From contig NC_043004.1 of assembly GCF_006345805.1 (NCBI RefSeq), positions 87,668,001 through 87,732,000 on the forward strand: DNA of 64,000 bases. Reading direction: 5' to 3'. The notes under the pieces are model-generated. The model was not told the DNA's origin, searched no databases, and saw only the letters and a program-made list of their open reading frames with translations. A program made the position numbers and the translations under genes. Shown piece after piece: positions 38,788 to 50,508 of the stretch. This stretch comes from Octopus sinensis. Lineage: Eukaryota. Within the stretch, counting starts at the first letter, position 1, and each line of letters begins with the position of its first letter.

Positions 38788-40546
38788 ATTAATAATAATG
38801 TGAAACCACATTATGAAATTAATTAATTAGTGAAAACTTGATTTAAAGGAATTTTCTAAAAGCTACCAAATATTGCTGTATTATTATATCTGTTCTAAAA
38901 ATATTTTGTTCACAACAGCATAGTTCTGAGTTTTATTTACCTGCTCTCTATTTCACAGAATCCACTGTCAACTTATTCACTTGACTGAATTAATGCAACA
39001 AGACATTTGATTTATGATTTCACCATAACATACTTTTCGGATAGCTGCACCTTGGAACAAATTCTCATTGCTGGCACATCTTCATACACATTAATCATAC
39101 ATCTATGACTACCGTAGCTATCAAATATATTTTGGTGATATGTATATATATATATATGTGTGTGTGTGTGCATTACTTTTGACTAAACTCAAAGCCATTT
39201 TATGAAAAGGGGAAGAAAGAATTCAGTGGGGAGTGAAGGTTAACTCCCATGGCTATATAACCAGATTAGTCTTAAGCTAATGATGTTTTTTTTTGTTTTG
39301 TCAATATCAGCTTAATTTTAATTGGTTAAATTTTTTAGATCAATACATTAACTATGCCAGAGCTCACATTTTAGTAAATGTTTTTCATGCATGAATCCCT
39401 GGGTATTTTCCATAGTAGTTTTTATAGTATAATCAAAACTAAGAATAGGTGGAAAAGTAAAAATGCTTAACTTCAAGATACATACATAATTATAACAGTA
39501 ATTTGGTATATTTTTCTAACTTGAAGATATTAGTAAGGAGAGATTGAGGCTTAGAATTCCTAAAAGAAAATTCTCATGACTTCAAAATTTAGAGCTAATG
39601 TGCTGTCTATCTTTTCTAAATTAGTCTTTATTCAGTCAATTTGGTTGGCAGTAGGTGATGTTTCACATTCTAGTAGTTAACTTTAAGAAGCAGATCCAGT
39701 TAAAAATATACGTTCTAACAATAGTAAGAAAATGATTTAGATTAGAAATAAAGAAAAAAAGAAAAGATCTATATAAGTATGAAAAATGAATGTAGATTGT
39801 TTCTAGATAAGTTATCTCACAGATACAGCCACTCATATATCAATGATTTATGAATTGAGCATGTTCAGAAACTTATATGATTACATATCTAGCTAATGCT
39901 ATTTCATCTGAGTTAAGCTGGTTGTCTAACAGTTTAGTAGTTAGAACCAATGATCTTGGCATTGAAGAAAAGAATGGAAAATATATATTGTTCACTATAT
40001 TTTCTTATTTTTTAGTATCAACCAGATTTGTTTGATATAAAGAGAAGTACTTGGTGGCACTGGAAGTTAAGTAAATATATAAAAGGTAATAAAGTTGGTT
40101 TCTATTGAACTATAATAGTGGTAGGTAGATATTTACTTTTTTTTTAGAACATAGAAAATGTAGCAGATCAAAACAGATCCGTAGAAATATTTTTTAAAAT
40201 CTAAGAGGAAACTTGGTGATTTCAATATGCAGAGAAATGTTCAGCTAACAGAAGAAAAATTAGTTAAAATGCAACTAGTCATGAGCAATAAAGTAGATTA
40301 TAAACTCCATGTTAATCTATTTAGTGAGCAATGTGCAATATTTTAATACTTTTAGCTATATAGTTTCTTTAACATAAACATCTGGGTATCTTGAAAAATA
40401 AAATAAGTTTAAAGGATGACAAAATTTTTATATCAGTGTGCTTTTTTTTTAAAGAAAAAAGTAAAAACAAAAATGAAAATAACATGTAGAATTCCATTTG
40501 ATGGTTCAAGATCTAATTTTGTTAATTTTTTTCTTTATTTCATCAG

Positions 40547-40615
40547 GTAGAGCAGAAGTGTTACATGAACCACATAAAATCAATGACTTATATTGATATA
40601 TTTGGCAAGATAAAG
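40547..40615 (+). CDS. Candidate 69-nt phase 0-0 exon (VEQKCYMNHIKSMTYIDIFGKIK)
   Basis: Strong acceptor (ttttttctttatttcatcag), only one open frame, AAG|GTTTGT donor; protein not recognised. Confidence 0.3.
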
Positions 40616-41989
40616 GTTTGTCCTATCTCATATTAGGAATACGCAAAAATTACATTTAAGTTAATGGCTGGGGAAAAAAAAATCAACAAGTTCATATTGA
40701 TGACTACATAAATAAAAAAAAAAACTTTAAAAATAAATTAATTTGTAGTTAATAACACAGAAGAGCTGTATTTCTTTTTGAATATAGGCAACTCTAAGCA
40801 AACAAATAAATAAAATGGAGTTACAAGCTTAGACTTACTAATTTACCCAACTGTTCGTAAAAAAAAGACTTTATTCAGAGCAAATATTTACTTTGGGATA
40901 TTCAAGTTAAAAAAAATAAATAATGTAAATGACTTTATTATAAAATATTACCAAATCTGAAAATGGTGAAAACAATTTTAATATCCTTTAATAAAAATAT
41001 AAATTAGTGTGTTTAACACCTTAATGGGCAATTTAATACAGAGGCTAATAGAAAGTAACAAACAGTAACATTTACTAAAGCAATCAATTTTCAAGAGGAA
41101 CAACTTTCAGAAACAGGAAAAACAAACTGAATTTCATCTAAGCATTTCTTGCCTTTGAGAAATCAATAATATACAATCTGAATAGGATACACGTTCATTC
41201 TAGAAGAAACAGAAACAGCTGTACTTAAACAATCAATGCTTGAAGGATGATGTGGAAGGAGGGGGTTGCATCCATAGGAAATATTGGCATTTCCGGATCA
41301 TAAAATAAATAAATATATAGAACTACAAAAACAAACAAACAAAAAAAACCTGAAGGCATAATTTTTTTAACTTGAAACTTCAAAATGCTGATGATAATCA
41401 TTAAGTAAACTTATCTTCTAATTGTTACATAGTTACTATTCTGTCTGTTGTTGTTTACTAATGTACATAAAGGTTTGAGTGTTTTAGTATGGCTCAAACA
41501 ACAAAATCTAGGCTCAAATTTCCAATTGTTTAATTGTGCTAATTTTGTTTGTTATGAAGCTGACACATGATAGAGTCATATTTCCAAGGTATCTCTTACA
41601 ATTCATTAACATACTTGAAATAAGATTGTACCCACTCACCCATCTTATTTTTTGTTTTGTTGTCTTTTTGTGTGATTCATGTTATGAGGAAAATAATAGC
41701 AAACCCTGAACTTGGCATTAAGCAGAGAATAAAGCATATTTCAGAACTGGGCTTTTTTTTTAATGGCCTAGTCAAAAGATGAAGGACATCACAGATGTCT
41801 CTTTTTGTGGTCTCCAAATCTAGTAAGAGGAAATGAAGAAATTTGAATGTAAACATGACTTGAATACTTGCAACAGGTGGTGGCATTTAAATGAGAGGAA
41901 TTAAGTCTATTTTTAAAGATGCCATCCTACTACTCAGTCAACAAATTCCAAAATACTACTAACACCTAGAACATACTATTGAATTCAGG

Positions 41990-42540
41990 TTACATATTAT
42001 CACAAGAGTACACAGCAATACTCTCACAACATCGTAAACTTCAAGTGAATATCAAATATTTTGAGACCATTCTTTACTTGTGTGGCAACATATGAAAATA
42101 CACAGAAAAGAGCTGCAAAACTATCATTAAGAATTATAAAGAAATGGTTAATAACTAAAGCAATTCTATATAAATGTAACCACCATTCCTTAGAGAGAAG
42201 ATGGTAAAGATGGCTAGACTAGTTGTTTTGAAAAGGTAAGTATACTGTTACAAAACAGTCATTAGTGAAAATAGCTAATGAAAGAATATTTTTAATGTAG
42301 GTAAATGACATGATAAAAGTAGTAGTTAGACATAATGAGTAACATGAATAGTGTCAAGGTGTTTGGTAAATTAATGAATACAACACTGTATTTAAGATAC
42401 TAACAGATCAGTAATAGTGAAGAATATTTGAAGGTATTGTCACAGTAAGGACAAGATGCTTAATGGCTTATAGTTCTTCATTAAATAGAAAAGCCTGCAA
42501 ACATAGTACAGAGTGGTTTTCAGTCATAAAAAAAGAAGGG
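41990..42540 (+). pseudogene. Old CR1-like LINE 3' remnant
   Basis: Fragments ENTQKRAAK, EKMVKMARLVVLK and DMIKV parallel ESVQRRATK..ERL..LKLRRL..DL of the 25.6-kb CR1. Confidence 0.4.
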
Positions 42541-43437
42541 AAGATCAAGAAGAACCTGTCAAAAAAGCTCTCATGAGTGACTTGTAAATTAGAAAGGAAC
42601 AACTGCTAATCTCACAGACCTTTTTAAGGTCCAGTGCTTAACTATAATTAAAATGGAAGACATACCAGCCTGATGTGATGCTAGTCTATCATAGGTAATA
42701 TCCCAGTATCATCTGATACTTATTTCCATAAACTAGGTGAACTAAGACATAGGGAATAACTAAGTATACTATTGAAATACACATTAAACAATGTCATCCT
42801 TGTTAGTGTTACAAATCAGAAGGGAGAGTATTTACCGACTAGGTTAAGTCAGTGTAATAAAACTACAGCAATTTGTTTAAATTTTGCAATTACAATGTCA
42901 GTAGTTATTTTAAAAAAATAAATAAAAATATATATAAAGTTACATTAATTTATCAAATAAACTGATGTCAATCAATATTGACTATTTTAAAACAAAATAT
43001 TAACTTTCACTAGATATAGATTTAACCCAAATTTTCCAATAATCAAATCTGAATACAATTTTTTTTAATAAAGATGGCTTCAAACAGATCAAAATGTGAG
43101 TACCTTATAAATAAGTTTAAACATTTTTAACTAAGAAAAAACATCCTTAATCAAAAAGTTGTGGCTCCACATCAACTATAGCTTTGATCAAAGACATTCC
43201 AGTCGTGACCATTTCATCATTTTCTTAGTCTAACTAAAAACATTATCTAATGTATCCTTCTTAAAATGATAGAAATATAGTAAGGAGATTTGGCTAGAAT
43301 TTCTAGCAAACTGACAATCACATAGATGTCCCTGCATTATCTAATTTTTCAAAGGTAATAATACTGGATAATATTTACTGAAAACAAGTTAATACTACAC
43401 TCCATCAGTTGAATGGGCTTGCAACTTACTTGGTAAC

Positions 43438-43628
43438 CACACTTGCTGGTGCAACGTAAAAAGCACCCCATTACACTCTTTGAAGTGGCTGGCATTAGGA
43501 AAAGCATCCAGCCATAGAAACCATACCAAAGCAGACCCTGGAGCTTAAGACACTCCTCTATCTTGTTGGCTCCTGCCAACCTATCCAACATACCAGCATG
43601 GAAAACAGATGTTAAATGACACTGATGA
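43438..43628 (+). mobile_element. Old family D/Meta-type 3' fragment
   Basis: GTAAAAAGCACCCATTACACTC..TGGCATTAGGAAAAGCATCCAGCC and AGCATGGAAAACAGATGTTAAATGA. Confidence 0.75.
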
Positions 43629-45992
43629 AGTCACTGATGTCATTTCAGGTTTTAAAATATGCTATATAAACGTTATAAAAGTTATCTAGAATAGTTGATG
43701 TCTACCAAAAATACTTTCTAATATACAATATTACTGTCACTATTATAAGAGATACCATGTCTAAGTAATTTTTGACTCATTTAAAGTTTATATCCACTAG
43801 AAGCATTTCCTAGTGTCTTTGGACAAACTATTTGATCCTATCTGCATAAGCCATCAAGCATAAATAAGAACACCCTTATTATCAAGGTTGCTTTTACTAT
43901 TAGGTGAATTTATATAGTAAAACAGATTCATTAACAAGATAGAGGCACATAGTTCTTTCAATGGCATTTTTTTTGACATCTAAATTCTAGAGGATTCTTT
44001 TTCTTGCACATGCATAAATAATCTGTTTCTTGTTTGCAAAACTATATAAATCACATGGCTCCTGTTTCAATAACTTTGCATATTTATTGGCTATTAAAGT
44101 TTGAATCATCCATTACAACTTAAAACAACCAATGAGTTATTTATGTGTATTTAGAAAAATATCATTTTAACAAAATATAAGCATGACCTCATAAAATCTG
44201 AAAAAATATTTATAACCAATAAAGTTAGAACAAAGCAATTTTCCTGTTTTGTTAATTTTTACAAGTTGGTTTGATCTGGCTGGTTCGGTAAATAAGATCA
44301 AGTACATACATTTTTGAAGCAATGAGATGTGAAAATAGATGATCTTATCTGTTGTAATTTGGAAGATGGGACTAACCACAAAAATCCAATCATACAAATA
44401 TCAATTAAATCTATTTCTTAAGAACTCCTAACATTAATACTCATCCACTAAAATATTCTTGTATTTTCTTTTAAACTTACAGCTCTTAAATCATCAGTAG
44501 CAGCATAAGATAAGCAGTATGTTTGATGCAAAAATAAATTTTCCAACACATCATCATTATTTTATACATGTCTTCTCTTCTGGTATGGGTAGGATAAGTC
44601 ATCAAAGTCCAAATCAGTTCTTATTTCAAATTACTGCCTTCACTGATGGATCAGAGGACCATGTCTTACATGTCCATTTCAATTTTAGCTTCATTTCATT
44701 GAATGAATGCCATTCCTATTAACCAACCACTTTACAGAGCGTATTGGTTGCATTTTATTGAGTCATCAGTACTAGAGAGGTTGTCATATCTTTGACAACA
44801 CTGAAGAATCCTTTCAGTCCCTATGCAGTTTCTATTCACTCACAAACCACTTCACAAAGTGTACATATACATATACAGATAAATTATCTAAATGTTAAAA
44901 ACTTTACAATATCTGCTTGATATCATAATTGCTTGCCTGGAATGATATTGTTCAAACAAAGATTCATTAGATTCAATCAAGCTTACAATTTTGTAGTTTT
45001 CTTCTCATAAAAATGTAGTATTTAAAGCATCAAGAATTATTAACAATAGGTGTTATAGGGTTGAACATTTACTGTAGTAGTTCTAAAGTTTTAGATATTT
45101 ATTCGTCATTTCAAATTTCATGTAAGCATTACAAAAGGCAATTCTTTGTATTTAAACTTTAATAGCATTTTCGTAAACAGAAAATGTGAAAGCAAAACAA
45201 ACAACACAGTAGAAATTATTAAAATTCACTTAAAAGCAGCCTAGGCAATAAATATGATGATAATTCATTTGCATTTATATCAGATTATTTAGAAAACTAT
45301 GTCTAATATTAGAAACAGTGCTGAACACACTATTGATTGCTGGTTTGATTCCAAACTGTACACAAACAATGTACTATACAGAATCACAAGAACAACATTA
45401 ATGTGGTTACATTCCATCATATTTAAACACTGCTAATAATTGACTTTCTATAATATCTCTCTTTCTTTCTCTCTCTCTCTCTCCTTCCCTCTTCCCTGTT
45501 GTACTTTTCTTTCTTATTTCTTACCTCTCATTTAAAATTAGATTTACTTTAGTAAACAATAATAAAATCTATAAGATGATCTTATTGATATGTTACATAC
45601 ATACTTAGAGATTTCTAAAAGTATATAATAGAAAAATATTTTTTGAAATTTGCATATAATTAGTTCTGCTTGGTTTGAAGAGTTTGTTGATTTTTATCTT
45701 AACCTTTTTTGTAAAAGAAAAATTTAAAAACTATCATTTATTATAATAAGATTGAAGAGAAGTCTCATTTAAAAAATGAATGTTTATTTTTGTATTTTAT
45801 TTTATCTTATTTTTACAAATCATAAGACTAAGAAGAAGTATTTAATTAATTTTATCAATATATAATATCAATGTGATTAAAAATATTTTTCTGGTTGAAA
45901 ATACTTTTCAAAATAATTTTTAATCAACCTATAACAGGAACAAACATTTAACAAAGATGCTACTTATAGTTTGCAGCAGCAGCAATACTGGT

Positions 45993-46178
45993 GATAATTA
46001 TTCTTTCTATTATAGGCACAAAGGTTGAAATTTTGTTGGGGTGGGGGAGCTAGTCGACTACATGGATCCCAGTACTTGGCTGGTACTCTATTTTATCAAC
46101 TCTGAAAGGATGAAAGGCAGGACAAAATGCTCCTAAGCATTTTGTTTGGGATGCTAACAATTCTGCCAGCTCACTGCT

Positions 46179-46210
<32 letters not shown>

Positions 46211-46410
46211 CCTTTCTACTAAAAGCACAAGGCCTGAAATTTTGGAGGAAGGGACTAGTTGATTACATCGACCCAGTATTCAACTGGCACTTAAGTTATT
46301 GACCCAGAAAGGATGAAAGGCAAAGTTGACCTCGGTGGAATTTGAACTCAGAATGTTAAGATAGACGAAATGCTGCTAAACATTTTGCCTGGTGTGCTAA
46401 CGATTCTGCA
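45993..46410 (-). mobile_element. Two tandem SINE family B copies (45993-46177, 46180-46410)
   Basis: Both have the family tail, GGATGAAAGGCA block and tRNA-like head; an (AAT)n tail lies between them. Confidence 0.88.
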
Positions 46411-46471
46411 ATAATAATACTAAATAATAATAATGATTAGGACAAGGAGGGTAAAAAAATTCATTGATAAG

Positions 46472-46514
<43 letters not shown>

Positions 46515-46520
46515 ATATAT

Positions 46521-47270
46521 ATCATCATCATCATCATCATCATCATCGTTTAGCATCCGTTTTCCATGCTAGCATGGGTTGGACGGTTCTACTGGGGTCT
46601 GTGAAGCCAGAAGGCTTCATCAGGCCCAGTCAAATCTGGCAGTGTTTCTACGGCTGGATGCCCTTCCTAACGCCAACCACTCCGTGAGTGTAGTGGGTGC
46701 TTTTTACGTGCCACCCGCACTGGTGCCAGACAGAGCTGGCAAATGGCCACGAACGGATGGTGCTTTTTATGTGCCACCGGCACGAGGGCCAGGCGAGGCT
46801 GGCAACGGACACGAAACAGGGCGGTGCTGGCAACGGTCGCGAAACGGAAAGTTCTCTTACATGCCACCGGCACTGGTAACACATCTGCAATTTCCATTGA
46901 TCGATTTCCATTGATCGATTTCGATTCTGATCCTCACTTGCCTCAACGGGTCTTCACAAGTAGAGTTTCGACATGCCACCGGCACTGGTAACACATCCGC
47001 AATTTCCATTGATCGATTTTGATTCTGATCCTCACTTGCCTCAACACGTCTTCACAAGTAGAGTTTTGTGTCCCAAGAAGGGAAGGTATGCATACGTAGG
47101 CTGGCTCCATCCCATGTAGAAGGCCACGGGTTATGGACTCACTTGTCCTGCCGGGTCTTCTTGCGCACAGCACACTTCCAGAGGTCTCGGTCTCTAGTCA
47201 TTTCCTCAGTGAGACCTAAAGTTCGAAGGTCGTGCTTTAGGTCTCACTGAGGAAATGAGACCTAAAGCTC
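46521..47270 (-). mobile_element. 5'-truncated RTE LINE (ORF end plus family D 3'UTR), flanked by (TA)n on both sides
   Basis: Minus strand reads HDLRTLGLTEEMTRDRDLWKCAVRKKTRQDK*, then a 3'UTR with an about 100-bp tandem duplication, hairpin units, Meta-like block and (GAT)n tail. Confidence 0.9.
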
Positions 47271-47627
47271 ATATATATATATATATATTATATATATATA
47301 CTTGAATTTCTTTCAAATTCTTGAATTTAAAAGTGACTCTTGCTTTAGATACAGATTTAATTAAAAATATATTTTTAAAGAATACCATTTTATTTCTTTT
47401 TTACTGTTCACATTCATTATATTAAGCATTGTCAGCAAATTTATTATGAATCAAAACACTACTTCAAATATCTCAGGTCAGAAATTGTCAACCAATTTAA
47501 TGGTTGATAGTAAATTAACTTACCAACAAATGATACTATAATGATATTGATTAACTATGCCTATAAAATTTCTCTTACTAATTGGCTTTTCTCTTTGATA
47601 AACTGATTCTGTATTTCTTTTAATCAG

Positions 47628-47762
47628 AGATGCCTTTGTGAAGACATTTCTCTTCATTCTACACAGAGATCTAAAGAATGACTGGAAATTGAATTTCATC
47701 CAACTAACAAGAAACCCAAACAGTTGAATCACCCTGTAACCCCACTCATTGTCTTAAAACAG
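47628..47762 (+). other. Exon-like segment, 135 nt, strong acceptor and donor, one in-frame TGA
   Basis: tttcttttaatcag|AGATGC...AAACAG|GTAAGA; frame 0 reads RCLCEDISLHSTQRSKE*LEIEFHPTNKKPKQLNHPVTPLIVLKQ. Confidence 0.25.
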
Positions 47763-47863
47763 GTAAGAATGCATTAGATATTGTCATAGATACTTTTAAG
47801 TAAAAAGAATGGTCATGGGTGGAAAGTCTTTGATTACAGCTCAATCAGGAACTAAACAACAAA

Positions 47864-48078
47864 TTAACCCTTTAGCATTCAGATTTATCTGTCAAATGTC
47901 ATATTTATTCATATTGTCTTCAATTATTCATACCTTATGTCATAGCTTTGAGATTCTGATGATGTGATGGTTTATTTTTAAAATGACAATCTAGGGTAGG
48001 TGTGTGAGATCAGATTTGGCTGGTTTGAATATAAAACAGGTAGATCAGATTTGGCTGGTTTAAATGCTAAAGAGTCAA
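47864..48078 (+). mobile_element. TTAA MITE family 1
   Basis: TTAA|CCCTTTAGCATT ... AATGCTAAAGAG|TCAA. Confidence 0.85.
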
Positions 48079-48360
48079 AAACATAACATGATTATGATGA
48101 TGATAGTAGTAATGGCAATCATGACTGATGAGTTCATAGTGTGCAACTACAACTCAGTCAATCTAAAAGTGTTTTTAGTTTTCTTTGGTTTATAAAATAC
48201 CATTTTAAATTGACAAAAAGAAAAACAGTTTTAGTATTATTTTAAATCCGAGATGGTTGAAAATTTCATTTCTCATGTAAAGTAATAAAGAAAATTGAAA
48301 CTGTTTCAAATCCAGTTTAAGGACACACACACACACACACACACACACGCCTGCAAGTTG

Positions 48361-48457
48361 ATAGACAGTTCTTGAGTTTCACCTTTAGCTAGGCTGTTCA
48401 TGACCATTCAGTCATGAAAAGCTAAGCTAAGGGTGAAACTCAAAGTAAACTGTTTAT
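48361..48457. other. About 97-nt near-perfect hairpin (about 45-bp stem, 6-nt loop)
   Basis: TTGAGTTTCACCTTTAGCT pairs with AGCTAAGGGTGAAACTCAA; TTCATGAC-cattca-GTCATGAA closes the loop. Confidence 0.85.
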
Positions 48458-48489
48458 ATTATTTATATTTTTACTTTTGTTACATTACT

Positions 48490-48555
48490 ATCATCATCAT
48501 TTAATGTCACCCATGCCAGCATGGAAGGTAGACATTAAACGATGATGATGATGAT
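48490..48555. repeat. Two LINE/SINE 3' tails fused back to back at the CCATGC.AGCATGG palindrome
   Basis: CATCATCATTTAATGTC...CCATGCCAGCATGG...GACATTAAACGATGATGATG. Confidence 0.8.
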
Positions 48556-49849
48556 CTATATAAGTGTGGTAAGTGCCCTGTATGAAACTTTAGCCCAATG
48601 AATGACTTCTGTAACTTTCTGATGATTAAAAACGAAAAACAAATGTGTGTGTATGTGTAGAAATGGATTAAGTACCTGAAGATGATCAGAGATTAGTCAA
48701 ATTTTAGTGTAAATTTTACTATAGAACATGAAAGATGAAGTTAATATTGCAAAAAGTTTAAATTATTAATGCAGCAACTCATCTTTGAAATGTATACATA
48801 CTATTTAAGGCAGCAAATATGTAAAAAGGTTTCCAGAATAACAATTTTTGAACTACTCTTTGAGTTTAAATATTAAAGAGTACTAATTTCCTTGTAGGAA
48901 ATTCATTCATCTTTGGATTTAAGCTTAAACTGTCCATGGATATTTTATTATAATATCCTTTAAATAAAAGGTTTGCTTCTTTAACTGCCTATAAAGAATA
49001 TGGAACAGCCTCTATTCAGCATCATTATTACCAGTATTAACATATCTATTATGCATGCAGCATATTTCCATTCATCTTAATCTTTTGTCATATCATCTGT
49101 AAAGCCCAAAATTTGCAGATCTGATTACAACACTTTCCTCTAAGTTCTCACAGGCATAGTTATACCACCCACACCTTCTGCTAATGTCACATTTTAATCC
49201 AGTATGTAACATGTACTCCCTTCTTACTTTGACAATTGTAATTTCATTAAGAGCAAATAAAACAATTATAACAGCCAACTAGCAGAACTTACAACATTCA
49301 TCATAGTTATCTGAACTGCTCATGGTCTCCATTTCACATCTTCCTCTAGAGTGCCTATTTCAATATAGCTGGTGTGTTTAGAATATGAACAAGTATGAAT
49401 GGACCCCTCCATGTATATTAAATTCTAATTTGAATTCACTCTTGAGCTTGTTCTTTCTAATGACAATCTAAGGGCATGTTGGACAATGTAATCTTAAATG
49501 TACAAAAAGACAAGATGATCAAGATGGGAATGCCTTTGATCTTAGTTCACCTAGATTAGGGCTGACCTGGGGCTAAACAACAACAATCTTATATGGCCTG
49601 AACTGTTCTCAGAATCATAGACCATAAGACACTAAAGGTTCAATGAGGGATATTCTATGTGGTCACAACTAAATCTACTTCAGATCACACCCTATTGTCT
49701 TAAAAAAGAAAAGGAAAAGATGAGTCTTTACAGGGGGGGGGGGATAGTCCTAAGCACAGACCATCAACAACTTTTTTTTCCATTGTTCTTGATTTTAGGT
49801 TGCCTTTTCCTTTCCCTGGTTTTGACTTGTCATCAATGTAATTCTGTAA

Positions 49850-50040
49850 AATTGCTTTATTTTCTAAGTATATGGGGTGTTGGCCCCACACAAACCCATT
49901 TTCACCTCAGGGAAGAGGTAGTTCATATTAGTCTGCACTATCTTTTGACCTGCTCAGCATGGGAGGCCCTACAAGGAACCTGTTCACCACTAGTATATCT
50001 CTCAGGTTGTTAAGGTACACAAGCCATCACAGCAGAACAA
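49850..50040 (-). mobile_element. Degenerate RTE-type LINE 5' region
   Basis: Minus strand GGCTTGTGTACC..CTGAGAGATATAC..GTAGGGCCTCCCATGC..CAGGTCAAA..GTGGGGCCAACACCCC resembles RTE 5'UTRs as I recall them; not checked against a database. Confidence 0.45.
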
Positions 50041-50275
50041 AGAATAGATCTCATGGTAGAAAGTAGTTCTGAATATCAGTAAAAAATACAATACTGTCAT
50101 AGCTGGAATATCTATTATATGTTTGCTCAATCAGGGTTGGCCCAGGACTAAAGGACAACCACACAAAACCTTAATTAATTAATTCTTAATGTATGGTAAT
50201 TATTTTTCTACTTACAATTACCTTTGACTAGACTAGTATAATGAACTCATAGACTCAATCCTTTTGCTCAGTTAT

Positions 50276-50508
50276 TTAACCTTTTTGTTTTGTTATATTT
50301 TTGTTGAAATACACTGTTTTTGTTTCAACTAATTTTGAAAATAATGAAGAATTTAGTAAAATAACTTGGTTGTTATTAGGCTGATGCTTAGAACATAAAG
50401 CAACTTGAAATTTTGATGGAAGGTTTTAATTTAGATTACTTTAAAACAAGAAGTTTGTATCATAGAACCAAGAGCAGTCTTGGGCAGGATAGTTTCAAAA
50501 GGGGTTAA
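50276..50508 (+). mobile_element. piggyBac-like TTAA MITE family 2
   Basis: TTAA|CCTTTTTG ... CAAAAGGGG|TTAA; antiparallel homolog at 63461-63690. Confidence 0.8.

Noticed and set aside
42191-42233. Exon ending in a perfect AAG|GTAAGT donor
   Set aside because: Falls within the old CR1-like remnant and the acceptor is weak.
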